A stretch of 64,000 nt of DNA from Polyangiales bacterium (lineage in GTDB: Bacteria; Myxococcota_A; Polyangia; Polyangiales; Ga0077539). The notes beneath the pieces are model-generated. The model searched no databases and was not told the origin of the DNA. It saw only the letters and a list, made by a program, of their open reading frames with translations. The stretch spans positions 352,001 to 416,000 of the forward strand of contig JBGARZ010000001.1 in NCBI GenBank assembly GCA_044229975.1, given 5' to 3'. This document shows, in pieces, positions 35,308 to 45,431 of this stretch. A program made the position numbers and the translations under genes. The number at the start of each line of letters is the position of its first letter. The stretch's first letter is position 1.

Positions 35308-36408
35308 TCGGTCGGCGCCGCGGCGCTCGACGAGGTACCGCTGAAACGCCGCGACGCGCTCTTCGCGGGCGCCGATGATGCCGCGGTTGCGGCTGCTGGT
35401 GAGGCCGCGCTGCACGGACTCCCAGAGGCTCGCGTCTTCACCCAGGATCTTGTCGGCGGACTGCCGGGTGCGGTGTCGCAGCAGTCGGTTGGCGAGGGTG
35501 AGGAAGGGGATGCCCCGCACGTCGGCGTCGCGCGGGAGGAAGCCGTAGCCGACGCGTCGCGAGCGCGTGGGCGACAGCGGAACGGCCACCACCCATTCGC
35601 GGTAGTACCCGGAGTAGGTGATGAGGTTGTTGGGAAAGAGGTGGGTGTGGGAATAGCCCCAGGAGGGCAATCGCGGGAACACCACCTGGTCGGCGATGTG
35701 CCAGCGGAGCTGCTTCGGGGCGCTGGGAATCGCGTGATACTGGGTGTATCCGGGCTCGACGCGGTGGTCGTGGTGGCGCTCCTCCGCGTACGTCTTGAAG
35801 GTGGTCTGATGGACCATCGGGACGTGGTAGCTCTCCACCGCGTTTTCCACGATGACCTTCCAGTTGGCCTCGTGCTCGGTCACCTGGGTCCAGACGTGGT
35901 CGAGCGGGTCGAAGTGGCGTGAGAGGTCGTCGGCGAGGCCCCCCAGAGCATCTCGGAGCGCACCACCCGCCGGGTCGACGCTGACGAAGACGAGGTTGGC
36001 GAAGCGCTCGACGCGGACCGCGTCGAGGCAGGCGTCGCGGGCCTTGAAGCCCACGAACGACCTACCGTCGGGCAGGTGCGAGAGCTTGCCCGCGCCGTCG
36101 AACTCCCACCCGTGGTACTGGCACTTGAGCTTCTCGGCGCTGCCGCAGCCGGGGCGCACGATGAGGCTATGGCGGTGGGGGCAGACGTTGACGAAGGCCC
36201 GTAGCGCGCCGTCCATGTTGCGCACGACCACCGGCACGCCCGCGACCTCGGTGGAGACGTAGTCGCCGGGGCGGGCGAGGCTCGCGGCGGTACCGATGCA
36301 ATGCCACCCGGGGCGAAACACCTCCTCGCGCTCGCGGGCGAAGCTCTCGGCGCTCGTGTAGTCCGTCGGCGTGAGCAGGTGGGGATGCGCTCCTCGGCTC
36401 AAGAACAT
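35290..36408 (-). CDS. Rieske non-heme iron oxygenase alpha subunit
   Basis: NVCPHR..CQYHGW Rieske ligands; NWK...EN..ESYHVPMVH; ED...ESVQRG. Confidence 0.92.
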   Translation of the reverse strand: MFLSRGAHPHLLTPTDYTSAESFAREREEVFRPGWHCIGTAASLARPGDYVSTEVAGVPVVVRNMDGALRAFVNVCPHRHSLIVRPGCGSAEKLKCQYHGWEFDGAGKLSHLPDGRSFVGFKARDACLDAVRVERFANLVFVSVDPAGGALRDALGGLADDLSRHFDPLDHVWTQVTEHEANWKVIVENAVESYHVPMVHQTTFKTYAEERHHDHRVEPGYTQYHAIPSAPKQLRWHIADQVVFPRLPSWGYSHTHLFPNNLITYSGYYREWVVAVPLSPTRSRRVGYGFLPRDADVRGIPFLTLANRLLRHRTRQSADKILGEDASLWESVQRGLTSSRNRGIIGAREERVAAFQRYLVERRGADRSAPVG

Positions 36409-36421
36409 CGGGGCCTGCCCT

Positions 36422-37168
36422 TCACGTCATGAACCAGCCGCCGTCGAGGTCGAAGACCTGTCCGGAGACGTAGTCGCCGTACTTCGAAGCGAGCATGAGA
36501 ATCCAGGCGGAGATCTCTTCGGTGGTGCCGAAGCGCTTCACGAGCTGGCGGGCGATGACGTTCTCCCGGTTGGTCTCGGCGGTCATCTCCGTGTCGATGG
36601 CGCCGAGGGAGATGCAGTTGACCCGGATGTTGCGCGCCGCGAACTCCACCGCGAGGCACCTGGTCAGCGTCTCGACCGCGCCCTTGGCCGCGCCGTAGTT
36701 GGACTGACCGCGCGTCGGCCGCGACGCCGCGACGGACGACAGGTTGACGATGCGCCCCCACTTGCGGACCCACATCGTCTGCGCGACGAGCCGGCTCAGG
36801 TACACGACGGACATGAGGTTGACGTCGAGGACGGTCTTCCAGTCCTCGGGCTCGAGGAGGAGGAAGACGTCGTTGTGGATGGAGCCCGCGTTGTTGATGA
36901 GGATATCGATGGCCCCGACGCCTTCGACCGCCTGGCGATGGATGCGCTCGCACTCCTCCGCCTGCCCGACGTCGCCGCCGACCGCGACGGCCTTGCGGCC
37001 CATCGCGCGAATCTCCTCGACCACCGACTGCGCCTCGGACTCGCGCGTGCGGTACCCCACCGCGACGTCGCAGCCCGCCTCGGCGAGCCGTAGCGCGGTC
37101 GCCCGTCCGATGCCGCGTCCTCCGCCTGTGACCAGCGCGTGCCGCCCCTTGAGGTCGATGTCGATCAT
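36422..37168 (-). CDS. SDR oxidoreductase, FabG-like
   Basis: TGGGRGIG, NNAG, GRIVNLSS, YGAAK, IRVN, DGG. Confidence 0.9.
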   Translation of the reverse strand: MIDIDLKGRHALVTGGGRGIGRATALRLAEAGCDVAVGYRTRESEAQSVVEEIRAMGRKAVAVGGDVGQAEECERIHRQAVEGVGAIDILINNAGSIHNDVFLLLEPEDWKTVLDVNLMSVVYLSRLVAQTMWVRKWGRIVNLSSVAASRPTRGQSNYGAAKGAVETLTRCLAVEFAARNIRVNCISLGAIDTEMTAETNRENVIARQLVKRFGTTEEISAWILMLASKYGDYVSGQVFDLDGGWFMT

Positions 37169-37266
37169 GGATGTGTTCTCCGCGGGCGGTCGCACGCTAC
37201 CATGGTGACCCCGCGCCGCGACGGTGAAGTCACCGCCGAGCCCGCGCGGACGACAGGAGCATTCGC

Positions 37267-38013
37267 ATGATCGCGTTCGATGGCGACAACGTCTTCCTCG
37301 TCACTGGTGCGGGCTCGGGCATCGGCCGTGCAATCGCTCTTCGCCTCGTCGGCCTCGGCGCCGTGGTCCTCGGGGTCGGCCGCAACGAGGAGCGCCTCGC
37401 CGAGACCAAGGCCCTCGCGGCTGACCCTGCCCGCTTCCACGCCCTCGTGCGCGACCTCGGTCACGACGTCGACGCGCTGCCCGAGTGGGTGCGGGAGACG
37501 TCCGCGAAGCACGGCGCGCTGCGCGGTCTGGTGCACGCCGCGGCGCAGTACGACGTGATGCCGCTGCGGGTGCTCAGCATGCCGTACGCACGCGAGGTCT
37601 TCGAGGTGAACTTCTTCGCCGGGCTCGCGCTCGCCAAGGGCTTCTGCCGCAAGGGGGTGTACGCGCCGGGCGGGTCGTCGGTGGTGTTCATCTCGTCGGT
37701 GTCGTCGGTGCGCGGCTACAACGCCGTCGCGGCCTACGCGGCCTCGAAGGGCGCCATCAACGCCGCGGTGCGCTCGCTCGCGCGGGAAAACGCGCGCCTC
37801 GGCGTGCGCTTCAACGCCGTGCTCCCCGGCGTGACGGACACCGACATGCTCAAGAAGACCGCGCCCGAGGAGGTGGAGTACCTCGTCGCGCAGCAGCCGC
37901 TCGGCATGGGCCGCCCCGAGGACACCGCCGACGCCTGCGCCTTCCTGCTCTCCAGCGCATCGCGGATGATCACCGGCCAGTGCATCGGCGTCGACGGCGG
38001 CGCCACCCTCTGA
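37267..38013 (+). CDS. SDR oxidoreductase
   Basis: TGAGSGIG, ISS, YAASK, PG...T.M, ITGQ.I.VDGG. Confidence 0.9.
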   Translation: MIAFDGDNVFLVTGAGSGIGRAIALRLVGLGAVVLGVGRNEERLAETKALAADPARFHALVRDLGHDVDALPEWVRETSAKHGALRGLVHAAAQYDVMPLRVLSMPYAREVFEVNFFAGLALAKGFCRKGVYAPGGSSVVFISSVSSVRGYNAVAAYAASKGAINAAVRSLARENARLGVRFNAVLPGVTDTDMLKKTAPEEVEYLVAQQPLGMGRPEDTADACAFLLSSASRMITGQCIGVDGGATL

Positions 38014-38039
38014 ACGTTGCACCCCCAGACAGAGGCCCA

Positions 38040-39041
38040 GTGAACGCAGCGATCATCGACATCGCCGAGCACCTCCCCGAGGAGCGGCTCACCAACGAAG
38101 ACCTCTCGCGCGAGCGCCCCGAGTGGCCCGTCGCGAAGATCGCCGCGAAGGTGGGCATCGAGACCCGCCGCATCGCTGCACCGGGCGAGCTCTCGTCCGA
38201 CCTCGGCGTGGCCGCGGCGCAGAAGCTCTTCGCCCGCGGGCGCTGCTCCCCCGACGACATCGACTTCTTGCTCTTCTGCACGCAGAGCCCGGACTACTTC
38301 CTCCCGACGACGGCGTGTGTGGTGCAGGAGCGCCTCGGCCTGCCGCGCACCGCGGGCGCGCTCGATTTCAACCTAGGGTGCTCGGGCTACACGTACGGGC
38401 TCGCGCTCGCCAAGGGGCTCGTCGAGACGGGTCAGGCGCGCAACGTCCTGCTCGTCACTGCGGAGACGTACAGCAAGTTTCTCGCGCCCGACGACCGGGG
38501 CGTGCGGACCATCTTCGGCGACGGCGCGGCGGCCACCCTCGTCGGCGCGGTGCCGACCCTCCCCGACGACGGAACCGCGTGGATCGGGCGTACCCTCTTC
38601 GGCACCGACGGCCGCGGGGCGGAGGACCTCATCGTGCGCACGGGCGGTCTGCGCGAACCGGCCACCGACACTTCGCCGCCGCGGCTGGAGATGCGCGGCG
38701 CGGAGATCTACGCGTACACCCTGGAGGTCATCCCGGCGGCGGTGCGCGAGCTGCTGGCGCGCACGGACGAGCGCATCGAGGACATCGACCTGTTCGTGTT
38801 CCATCAGGCCAACCGGCACATGCTGGAGGCGCTGCGGCGCTTCATCGGCATCGCGCCGGAGCGCTTCTTCTTCCACCTGTGCGACGTGGGCAACACCGTG
38901 TCGGCGACCATCCCGATGGCGCTGCGCGCGGCAGCCGATCAGGGCGCGCTGAAGCCCGGGCACCGCGTGGTGCTGGTCGGCTTCGGCGTCGGCTACTCGC
39001 TGGCGCTCACGCGCATCGTCTGGCGCGGCGACGCGGCCTGA
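38040..39041 (+). CDS. Second ketoacyl-ACP synthase III (FabH-family)
   Basis: TQSPDY.LP, NLGCSGY, TAETYSK, FGDGAAA, FHQAN, GNTVS.TIP, GFGVG.S. Confidence 0.92.
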   Translation: MNAAIIDIAEHLPEERLTNEDLSRERPEWPVAKIAAKVGIETRRIAAPGELSSDLGVAAAQKLFARGRCSPDDIDFLLFCTQSPDYFLPTTACVVQERLGLPRTAGALDFNLGCSGYTYGLALAKGLVETGQARNVLLVTAETYSKFLAPDDRGVRTIFGDGAAATLVGAVPTLPDDGTAWIGRTLFGTDGRGAEDLIVRTGGLREPATDTSPPRLEMRGAEIYAYTLEVIPAAVRELLARTDERIEDIDLFVFHQANRHMLEALRRFIGIAPERFFFHLCDVGNTVSATIPMALRAAADQGALKPGHRVVLVGFGVGYSLALTRIVWRGDAA

Positions 39042-39053
39042 CCTGCCTCCCCC

Positions 39054-39848
39054 TCAGCGGGGAGGCAGGAAGGGGACGTGCGGCTGCAACGGCAGGTACG
39101 CCCGCCACGCCGCGGAGAGCAGCCGGTGCAGCGGCATGCGCGCCGCCGTCGGGAGGTGCTCGGTGGTGTCGGTTCGCTTGAGGGCCTGTCGCAAACGCGC
39201 CTCGATGCGGAAGATGAGCAACGAGCCGAGGACCTTCGAGCAGACCGAGTGCAACGCGTCGACGTACTCGGGGAGCATCACGTCGATGATCATCACGAGA
39301 CGGGGTGCGCCCGAGAGGTTCCAGGCCCGGTGGATGTAGGCGTCGCAGAAGAGGAGCATGCGGCCCTCCTCCCAGGCGCGTGACTCGCCATCGACCTCCA
39401 GGCCGCACTCGGGCAGGCCCGCCGGGACCTTCAGCGCGAGGTGACCGCGCACGATCATGTTGGAGTCGCCATGGTGGGGCTTGATCTCGCTCGGTGAGTC
39501 GAGCCAGCTGAAGCTCGCCGACACGAGCCCGGGGATGCGACGCAGCAGCGCCTCGGTGCGAGGGAAGTCCTTGAGGTTGTGGTGGTAGCTGAGCCCATGG
39601 ACGAAGAGCGAGTGCGTCTTCCACGCGCCGTGGCGGGTGATCATCGCCTCGTCGAAGAAGGTCTTGAGCGAGCGGCCCTCGCCGAAGCGGGCCTCGAACT
39701 CCTCGCGCACGACGTGCCAGTTGTCCTCCATGATGCGCGGCCATCCGAGGTCGGCCGCGTCGTAGTAGGCCGGGTCGCCGCCCGCGTACTCGTGGGGTGC
39801 GCCGAAGCCGAACCAGGGAGGTGCGCGGTCAGGAGAGGGGGCGGACAT
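39054..39848 (-). CDS. Aspartyl/asparaginyl beta-hydroxylase family Fe(II)/2OG dioxygenase
   Basis: IKPHHGD, RGHLAL.VP, WEEG...FCD...H.AWN, R.V.IID. Confidence 0.88.
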   Translation of the reverse strand: MSAPSPDRAPPWFGFGAPHEYAGGDPAYYDAADLGWPRIMEDNWHVVREEFEARFGEGRSLKTFFDEAMITRHGAWKTHSLFVHGLSYHHNLKDFPRTEALLRRIPGLVSASFSWLDSPSEIKPHHGDSNMIVRGHLALKVPAGLPECGLEVDGESRAWEEGRMLLFCDAYIHRAWNLSGAPRLVMIIDVMLPEYVDALHSVCSKVLGSLLIFRIEARLRQALKRTDTTEHLPTAARMPLHRLLSAAWRAYLPLQPHVPFLPPR

Positions 39849-39901
39849 GGGCGGGTTGTGACGGTACCACCAGCGTCACGCCCGAACGCAACGGCGTCGT
39901 G

Positions 39902-42256
39902 CTACCAACCCGGCGGCGGCGTCTCGACGGGCGCTCGGCGACGCATGCGCGCTCGCATCGCACCAAGGAGTGAGCGCATGCGGTGGAGCTCGATGGGTCG
40001 CCGCGCCGCGAGGTCGACTCGCTCAAGGGGATCGGCTGCGAGGTCGAACAACCGCGGCGCCTCGCCGCCGTACACCCGGATCTTCCAGCGACCGTCGATG
40101 AGCATGTAGACGGGTACCCGGGCGAACGCCTCGGCGGGGAGGTCGGCGTAGACCGGCCGCGGAGCCTGCTCGAACCCGAGCATCTCGGGAACGAGCGTAA
40201 CGCCCGAGAGGCCGTCCGCCGCGGCACGCTCGGGGCGTGCGACTCGCATGAGATCGAGGATCGTGGGCGCGAGGTCGATGAGGCTCCGGGGCGTTTCGAT
40301 CGTCCGAGGCGTGGCGCCGGGTATGTAGAACATGAGCGGGACGTGGACCTCCTGCTCCCAAAGGTCTCGGCCGTGATAGGCCGTGCCGTGTTCGTCGAAC
40401 GACTCGCCGTGGTCGGCGGACACGATCACGATCGTGCGCCGTCGGCGCTCTTCGGGCAGAGCGTCGACGGCGTCGATGACCCGGCCGACCTGTCGATCGG
40501 TCCACGCGACCTCCTGCCAGTAGCGCCCCATCGGCGGCGGCCCGAAGTCGCCGAACTCTGGGTGGGGCATGTACTCCTCGTGCGGGTCGAGGAAATGGGC
40601 CCAGACGAAGAAGCGATCGTCCGAGGCCCGCGGCCATTGCACGGCCTCGATGGCGCGACTGGCGACGCGGTCGTCGGACGTCTCACGCGGTGAGAACCGC
40701 GCCGGGATGAGGTCGGGGTGCGCGACGGCGAAGCCCTGCGTCAGCCCGGTCTGAGGACGAAACGTCACCGCGCTGGAGATGACGACACTATTCCATGAGG
40801 TGATTCCCACGTCCCTCAGTCGCTCGGCCAGGAACACGTTGGCGTTGCTGTATCGGTGCATCGTCTCCCGCGTTCGGAGCAGCTCGTCGGCGTGGCGCCC
40901 CGTCATCGTCGCGCCCAAGGAGCGAGCCGTGTACGTGGACGGCGCGTAGGCGCGGGTGAACACCACCGAGCGCTGCGCGAGACGGTCGAGGTTGGGCGAC
41001 ACCCGCAGGGGGTTTCCCGCGCGATGCAGGTCGGCGCGGAGGGAGTCCACCGTGAGGAGCACGATGTTGGGCGAAGCCGGAACCACGTCTTCGAGGCGCG
41101 CTCGAACGGCCGGCGTGAGGGGGTCGGGGGTGTCAAGCGCGCGGAGCGCCCCGAGGTCGAGGTCGTCGCCCGAGCAGTCCTCGTCACGGTGGTTGCCCGG
41201 AATCTCCAATGCCCCAGGGTAGACCGCAGGGTCGCGGTCGTCGCAGTCATGGCCACCAAACCAGGTGGCGTGACCGTCATGGTCACGGTCCATCACCCCC
41301 CGGGCGGCGCGAAGGGCATACTGCCGCGGACCCGGCGCGAGGGCGACGACTGACGGTGACGTGGCCCGGGCCGCCGCGACGAACGGCACGGTGGCCAACA
41401 ACAACAGGATCGCCGTGGCGGCGGGGCGACGCAGGGCTAGGAGGCTTGTCGGGAAGATGAGCGCGAGGGTCGCCCACAGGCCAACGAAGCCAGCGACATC
41501 AATGGACCGCGCCGCCTCGTGAACGACATCGAGCGGCGTCCACGCAACGACCCCGTGCGGGGCAAGGGAGAAGACGAGGTCTACTGCAAAGGTGGCGGCG
41601 ACCGTCGCGATGAGCCCGCCCAACCATGGGACCACGAAGATGCCCAACAGCCCCGATCGCGGACGGGCGCGGGACGCCCACAACGCCGCGAGCGAAGCGA
41701 ACCCGGCGGTTACGAGCAGCGAAGTCGAGAGCACCACGAGCACAGATACGAGCGAAGCGACCTCGGGCACGTGCAGTCGACGGAATGCCTCGGACACGAC
41801 GACCAGCGAGATGAGCGACGTCGCGCCGACGATCATCGGCAGCGCGAAGGCGGCGGCGGCGAACCCCCGACCGTGGCGCTGGAACCATGCCCGCGCGGGC
41901 TCGGCCGAGGGGAGCGAGACGGCGAAGGCGAGCGGCGCCAGGCCCACGCCGAGAGGAGAGCCGAGGCAGAACCCAAGTGCGGCGGCGTGCCACGCGGCGC
42001 TCAGGGGGTGGGACGCGCCCGGCATCGACGCAAGGGCAAAGGCGACCGCGCCGGACGCAGGGCCGGTCGCGACCATGGCCGCGGCGACACGCAGCGGATT
42101 CAATCGGCTCGAACGGTCGTGGAACTCTCCATTCGATATCACCGCGCGCACCGCCCGGAAGCCCGAAGCCGTGAAGCACCCAACCCGCCTGGTGCCATGG
42201 ACGACGGCGGGGCCCTCGCTCACGGCAGTCGTCGCTTGTGGGTTGAACTTCACCAT
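39902..42256 (-). CDS. Membrane-anchored sulfatase/LTA-synthase-like hydrolase or transferase with a Cys metal-binding motif
   Basis: N-terminal TM helices, DRDHDGH..DCDD....YPGA.EI.GN..DEDCSG, PNIVLLTVDSLRAD, HFLDPH, SADHGE, HVPL, DLAPT. AAGGAGG upstream of ATG 42256, but the start is uncertain. Confidence 0.85.
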   Translation of the reverse strand: MVKFNPQATTAVSEGPAVVHGTRRVGCFTASGFRAVRAVISNGEFHDRSSRLNPLRVAAAMVATGPASGAVAFALASMPGASHPLSAAWHAAALGFCLGSPLGVGLAPLAFAVSLPSAEPARAWFQRHGRGFAAAAFALPMIVGATSLISLVVVSEAFRRLHVPEVASLVSVLVVLSTSLLVTAGFASLAALWASRARPRSGLLGIFVVPWLGGLIATVAATFAVDLVFSLAPHGVVAWTPLDVVHEAARSIDVAGFVGLWATLALIFPTSLLALRRPAATAILLLLATVPFVAAARATSPSVVALAPGPRQYALRAARGVMDRDHDGHATWFGGHDCDDRDPAVYPGALEIPGNHRDEDCSGDDLDLGALRALDTPDPLTPAVRARLEDVVPASPNIVLLTVDSLRADLHRAGNPLRVSPNLDRLAQRSVVFTRAYAPSTYTARSLGATMTGRHADELLRTRETMHRYSNANVFLAERLRDVGITSWNSVVISSAVTFRPQTGLTQGFAVAHPDLIPARFSPRETSDDRVASRAIEAVQWPRASDDRFFVWAHFLDPHEEYMPHPEFGDFGPPPMGRYWQEVAWTDRQVGRVIDAVDALPEERRRRTIVIVSADHGESFDEHGTAYHGRDLWEQEVHVPLMFYIPGATPRTIETPRSLIDLAPTILDLMRVARPERAAADGLSGVTLVPEMLGFEQAPRPVYADLPAEAFARVPVYMLIDGRWKIRVYGGEAPRLFDLAADPLERVDLAARRPIELHRMRSLLGAMRARMRRRAPVETPPPGW

Positions 42257-42798
42257 CGGGCCTGCGCCTCCTTTTGACTTCGATACCCACTGGACCGACC
42301 ACCACCCCCGGGGTCGATGACGAAAACCGTCAGATCATGCGACGCATCACGTCCGTGCCCTCGACGGCGGCGAGGCTGACGCCGCGGTGCGTGTCCCGCA
42401 CGGCAGACATCTTGTCCCTGGAAGATCGCAGTACCCTTCACGGCAGAGGGTCTTTGCAAGGTCAGGACAACTCCAAGACAAGGGATCCATGTTCTCAACT
42501 CTACCCCATTATTCCGCCTGCGCGGCGGCTGCCATGTGTGACATCGGCCGACACGATGTGCCTTGAAAGCCGCGCCTCCGACGCACTGTTTCAGACGGAC
42601 GCAGCGTCGTTACAAAGAAGGTGCCTATGTCGTGATTGGGATCATGAGTCGAATCACGGCGGGAGCCTCGCGGGGTGCCTCGAACACCCGAGGGTCGTCT
42701 GCCCGAACGCGTCGTCGGTCGGTTCAGTGTGCTCGCCCCGCGCGAGCGACGCGTCGACACGGCCGCCGACCGCGTGATAGGGCCCTGGGCCTACGGAA

Positions 42799-44304
42799 AT
42801 GAGCAGTGCCGACGTGCAGGCCGAGCGTCGGCAGACGATGTTCGCGCTCGTTGCGCTCGGCGCGCCGCTCCTCGGTCCCCTCATCCACGCCCTCCTGGCG
42901 CGCTCGCTCGGTCCCGCTGGGTACGGCCGCTACTCCTGGAACGTCGCCCTCATCGAGGCCGTCGCCATGGTGGGCATGCTCGGCACCGAGGTCGCGCTTC
43001 GCGGCGCCGTGGCCGAGGCTCACGGGAGCGGCGCGCCGGAGCGGCTACCCGCCATCGTGGGACCGACACTCCGGGTCGTGGCGCTGTGGGGAGGCGTTCT
43101 CGCGCTCGCGCAGGTGATGCTCGCCCCTGCCGTCGGACACTGGCAGCGCGACCCGGGGCTCGTCCCCTTCGTGCGAGGGCTCGCGCTGGTGCCGGTGGTC
43201 GCCAACGTCGTGACCGTCCTGATCGCAACGTCCCAGGCAACCGGCGCCGTCCTGCCCGGCGCGGTCATCCGCGGGCTCCTTCTCCCGACCTCGACGGCGC
43301 TGCTACTCACCGTCGCCCTCCTCGTGCGCCAGCCCCCGTGGGCGACCATCGCAGCGCTCGTCGCGGCGCATGCCCTCACCCTCGTAGCAGCTCTCGTCTC
43401 CTTCCAGCGCACCATCGGCCTGCGCCCGACCCTCTCGGCCTCACTGCGGGTCCCGCTGGAATGGGGGATGATCCGTCATGCGGCGACGCTGCTCGGCGCC
43501 ACGCTCTTCTGGATGGTGTCCGCGAAGGTGGATATCTTCGTGCTGGCCCGCTACGTCCCGGCAAAGAGCGTCGGCGTGTACGCCGTGGGGCTCTTCCTGG
43601 CCGGGTCCATCGGGGCGGTGCGCGGCGCGTTCGACCCGCTGGTCTGTGCGGTCATTCCCGCGGCCCTCGCGCGCAACGATGTCGCCGGCCTGGAGGCTAC
43701 CCTGCGCCGACAGACTCGCTGGCTCGCGCTCCTCGCGGCGCCCATCGTCGTCGTCCTGCTGGGTGCCGGCGCCTCGGCGCTGCGAGTGGTCTTCGGTCCG
43801 CTCGGTCCCACGGGGACCGCTTCGTTGATGGTCCTCACCTGCGGGCAGTTCATCGGGGGCATCGCCGTGGCATCGTGGATCGTCCCGCTCTCTGGTCGAC
43901 CCCGCTGGGTGCTGCTCACCGCTGCATCCACCGTGGCGGTGAAGGTGGCCCTGCTCGCCGCGCTCGTCCCCCGGTGGGGCGTCCTCGGAGCCGCCATCGC
44001 GACCACCGTCGGCACCGTGGTCGCCCAACACGGCCAGGCGCTAGGTGGCCGCGTGCTCACGGGCGTTCGCGCGTTCGAGGGCGTCCTCGTCTCCATCGGG
44101 GGGGTGATCGCGCTCGGTGCCCTCACCGCGCATGCGGTGCAGAGCCGCCTCACGGGAGTGACGCCGCCCCTCGTCTGCTTCGCGGTCGCGAGCCTCGCAG
44201 GGGTCGCCGTCGCAACGGCCGCCGCCGCCGTGGCCGTCTTCGACGCCGACGATCGGGCTCAGCTCCGCATCCTCGCCGCGCGCTTCACCCGGCGCGGCGC
44301 CTGA
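42799..44304 (+). CDS. Wzx-type oligosaccharide flippase
   Basis: Many TM helices; LARSLGP..YG.Y, D..VL......VGVY, LVPRWG..GAAIAT. Confidence 0.8.
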   Translation: MSSADVQAERRQTMFALVALGAPLLGPLIHALLARSLGPAGYGRYSWNVALIEAVAMVGMLGTEVALRGAVAEAHGSGAPERLPAIVGPTLRVVALWGGVLALAQVMLAPAVGHWQRDPGLVPFVRGLALVPVVANVVTVLIATSQATGAVLPGAVIRGLLLPTSTALLLTVALLVRQPPWATIAALVAAHALTLVAALVSFQRTIGLRPTLSASLRVPLEWGMIRHAATLLGATLFWMVSAKVDIFVLARYVPAKSVGVYAVGLFLAGSIGAVRGAFDPLVCAVIPAALARNDVAGLEATLRRQTRWLALLAAPIVVVLLGAGASALRVVFGPLGPTGTASLMVLTCGQFIGGIAVASWIVPLSGRPRWVLLTAASTVAVKVALLAALVPRWGVLGAAIATTVGTVVAQHGQALGGRVLTGVRAFEGVLVSIGGVIALGALTAHAVQSRLTGVTPPLVCFAVASLAGVAVATAAAAVAVFDADDRAQLRILAARFTRRGA

Positions 44305-44306
44305 GC

Positions 44307-45353
44307 TCACTCCCGCAACCCCAGCCGCTCGCGCCGATACACGCCGCTGGTGATGCGCTCGCACCACGCCCGGTGCGCCAGGTACCACTGCACCGTCTCG
44401 CGCAGCGCCTCCTCGAAGCGCCGCGTCGGCCGCCACCCGAGCTCCGCCGCCGCGCGCGACGCGTCGACGGCGTACCGACGGTCGTGCCCCGGACGGTCGG
44501 CCACGAAGCGCATCAGCGAGCGCGTGTCCCCCCCGAGCTCGGGCCGCAGCTCGTCGACCAGATCACACAGCGCGTGAACCACCTGGAGGTTGGTGCGCTC
44601 GCCGCCACCACCGAGGTTGTACGTGCGCCCCGGCGTCCCCCGCCTCCACGCCGCGAGCAACCCGTCGCAGTGGTCGTCGACGTAGAGCCAGTCGCGCACG
44701 TTGCCGCCGTCGCCGTAGACGGGCAGCGGGCGGCGCTCCAGCGCGTTGAGCACCATCAGGGGAATGAGCTTCTCGGGAAACTGCCGCGGCCCGAGGTTGT
44801 TGGAGCAGTTGGTCGTCACCGTCGGGACGCCGTAGGTGTGGAAGTACGCGCGCACCAGATGATCGGCCGCCGCCTTCGACGCCGCGTACGGCGAGTTGGG
44901 CGCGTGCGGTGACTCCTCGGTGAAGCGCCCGCCCGCGCCGAGCGAGCCGTAGACCTCGTCGGTCGAGACATGCACGAAGCGGAAGCCCTCGCGCTCGGAG
45001 GGCGAGCGCTCGGTGAGCCACGCGCGGCAGGCTTCGAGGAGCTCGAAGGTTCCGAGCACGTTGGTCTCGACGAAGGTGCGCGGGCCGTCGATGGAGCGGT
45101 CGACGTGGGACTCGGCCGCGAGGTGCACCACCGCGGCGGGGCGGTGCTCGCGCAGGAGACGCAGCACGAGGGCCCGGTCGGCGATGTCACCGTGGACGAG
45201 GGAGTGGCGGGGGAGACCGTCGAGGCTGGCGGCGTCGCCCGCGTAGGTGAGCGCGTCGAGGGTGACCACCGAGACCGACGGGTCTGACAGCGCGCGGCGC
45301 ACGAAGGCCGATCCGATGAACCCGGCGCCGCCGGTGACGAGGAGCGTGGTCAC
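44307..45353 (-). CDS. rfbB: dTDP-glucose 4,6-dehydratase
   Basis: VTGGAGFIGS, LTYAG, HLAAESHVDRSI, STDEVYG, PYAASKA, NCSNN.GP.QFPEKLIP, DRPGHD.RYA. Confidence 0.95.
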   Translation of the reverse strand: MTTLLVTGGAGFIGSAFVRRALSDPSVSVVTLDALTYAGDAASLDGLPRHSLVHGDIADRALVLRLLREHRPAAVVHLAAESHVDRSIDGPRTFVETNVLGTFELLEACRAWLTERSPSEREGFRFVHVSTDEVYGSLGAGGRFTEESPHAPNSPYAASKAAADHLVRAYFHTYGVPTVTTNCSNNLGPRQFPEKLIPLMVLNALERRPLPVYGDGGNVRDWLYVDDHCDGLLAAWRRGTPGRTYNLGGGGERTNLQVVHALCDLVDELRPELGGDTRSLMRFVADRPGHDRRYAVDASRAAAELGWRPTRRFEEALRETVQWYLAHRAWCERITSGVYRRERLGLRE

Positions 45354-45431
45354 AGCGTTGGTGAGCAGGGTTAGTATCGCAGCGCGCCCGGCACCACCAG
45401 ATGCGAGGCGGAAGGGACACGCCCGGAGCCA

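Noticed and set aside
42274..42777. 167-aa Cys-rich ORF in the long intergenic region
   Set aside because: TTG start, no RBS, atypical codons and no motif; more likely non-coding.
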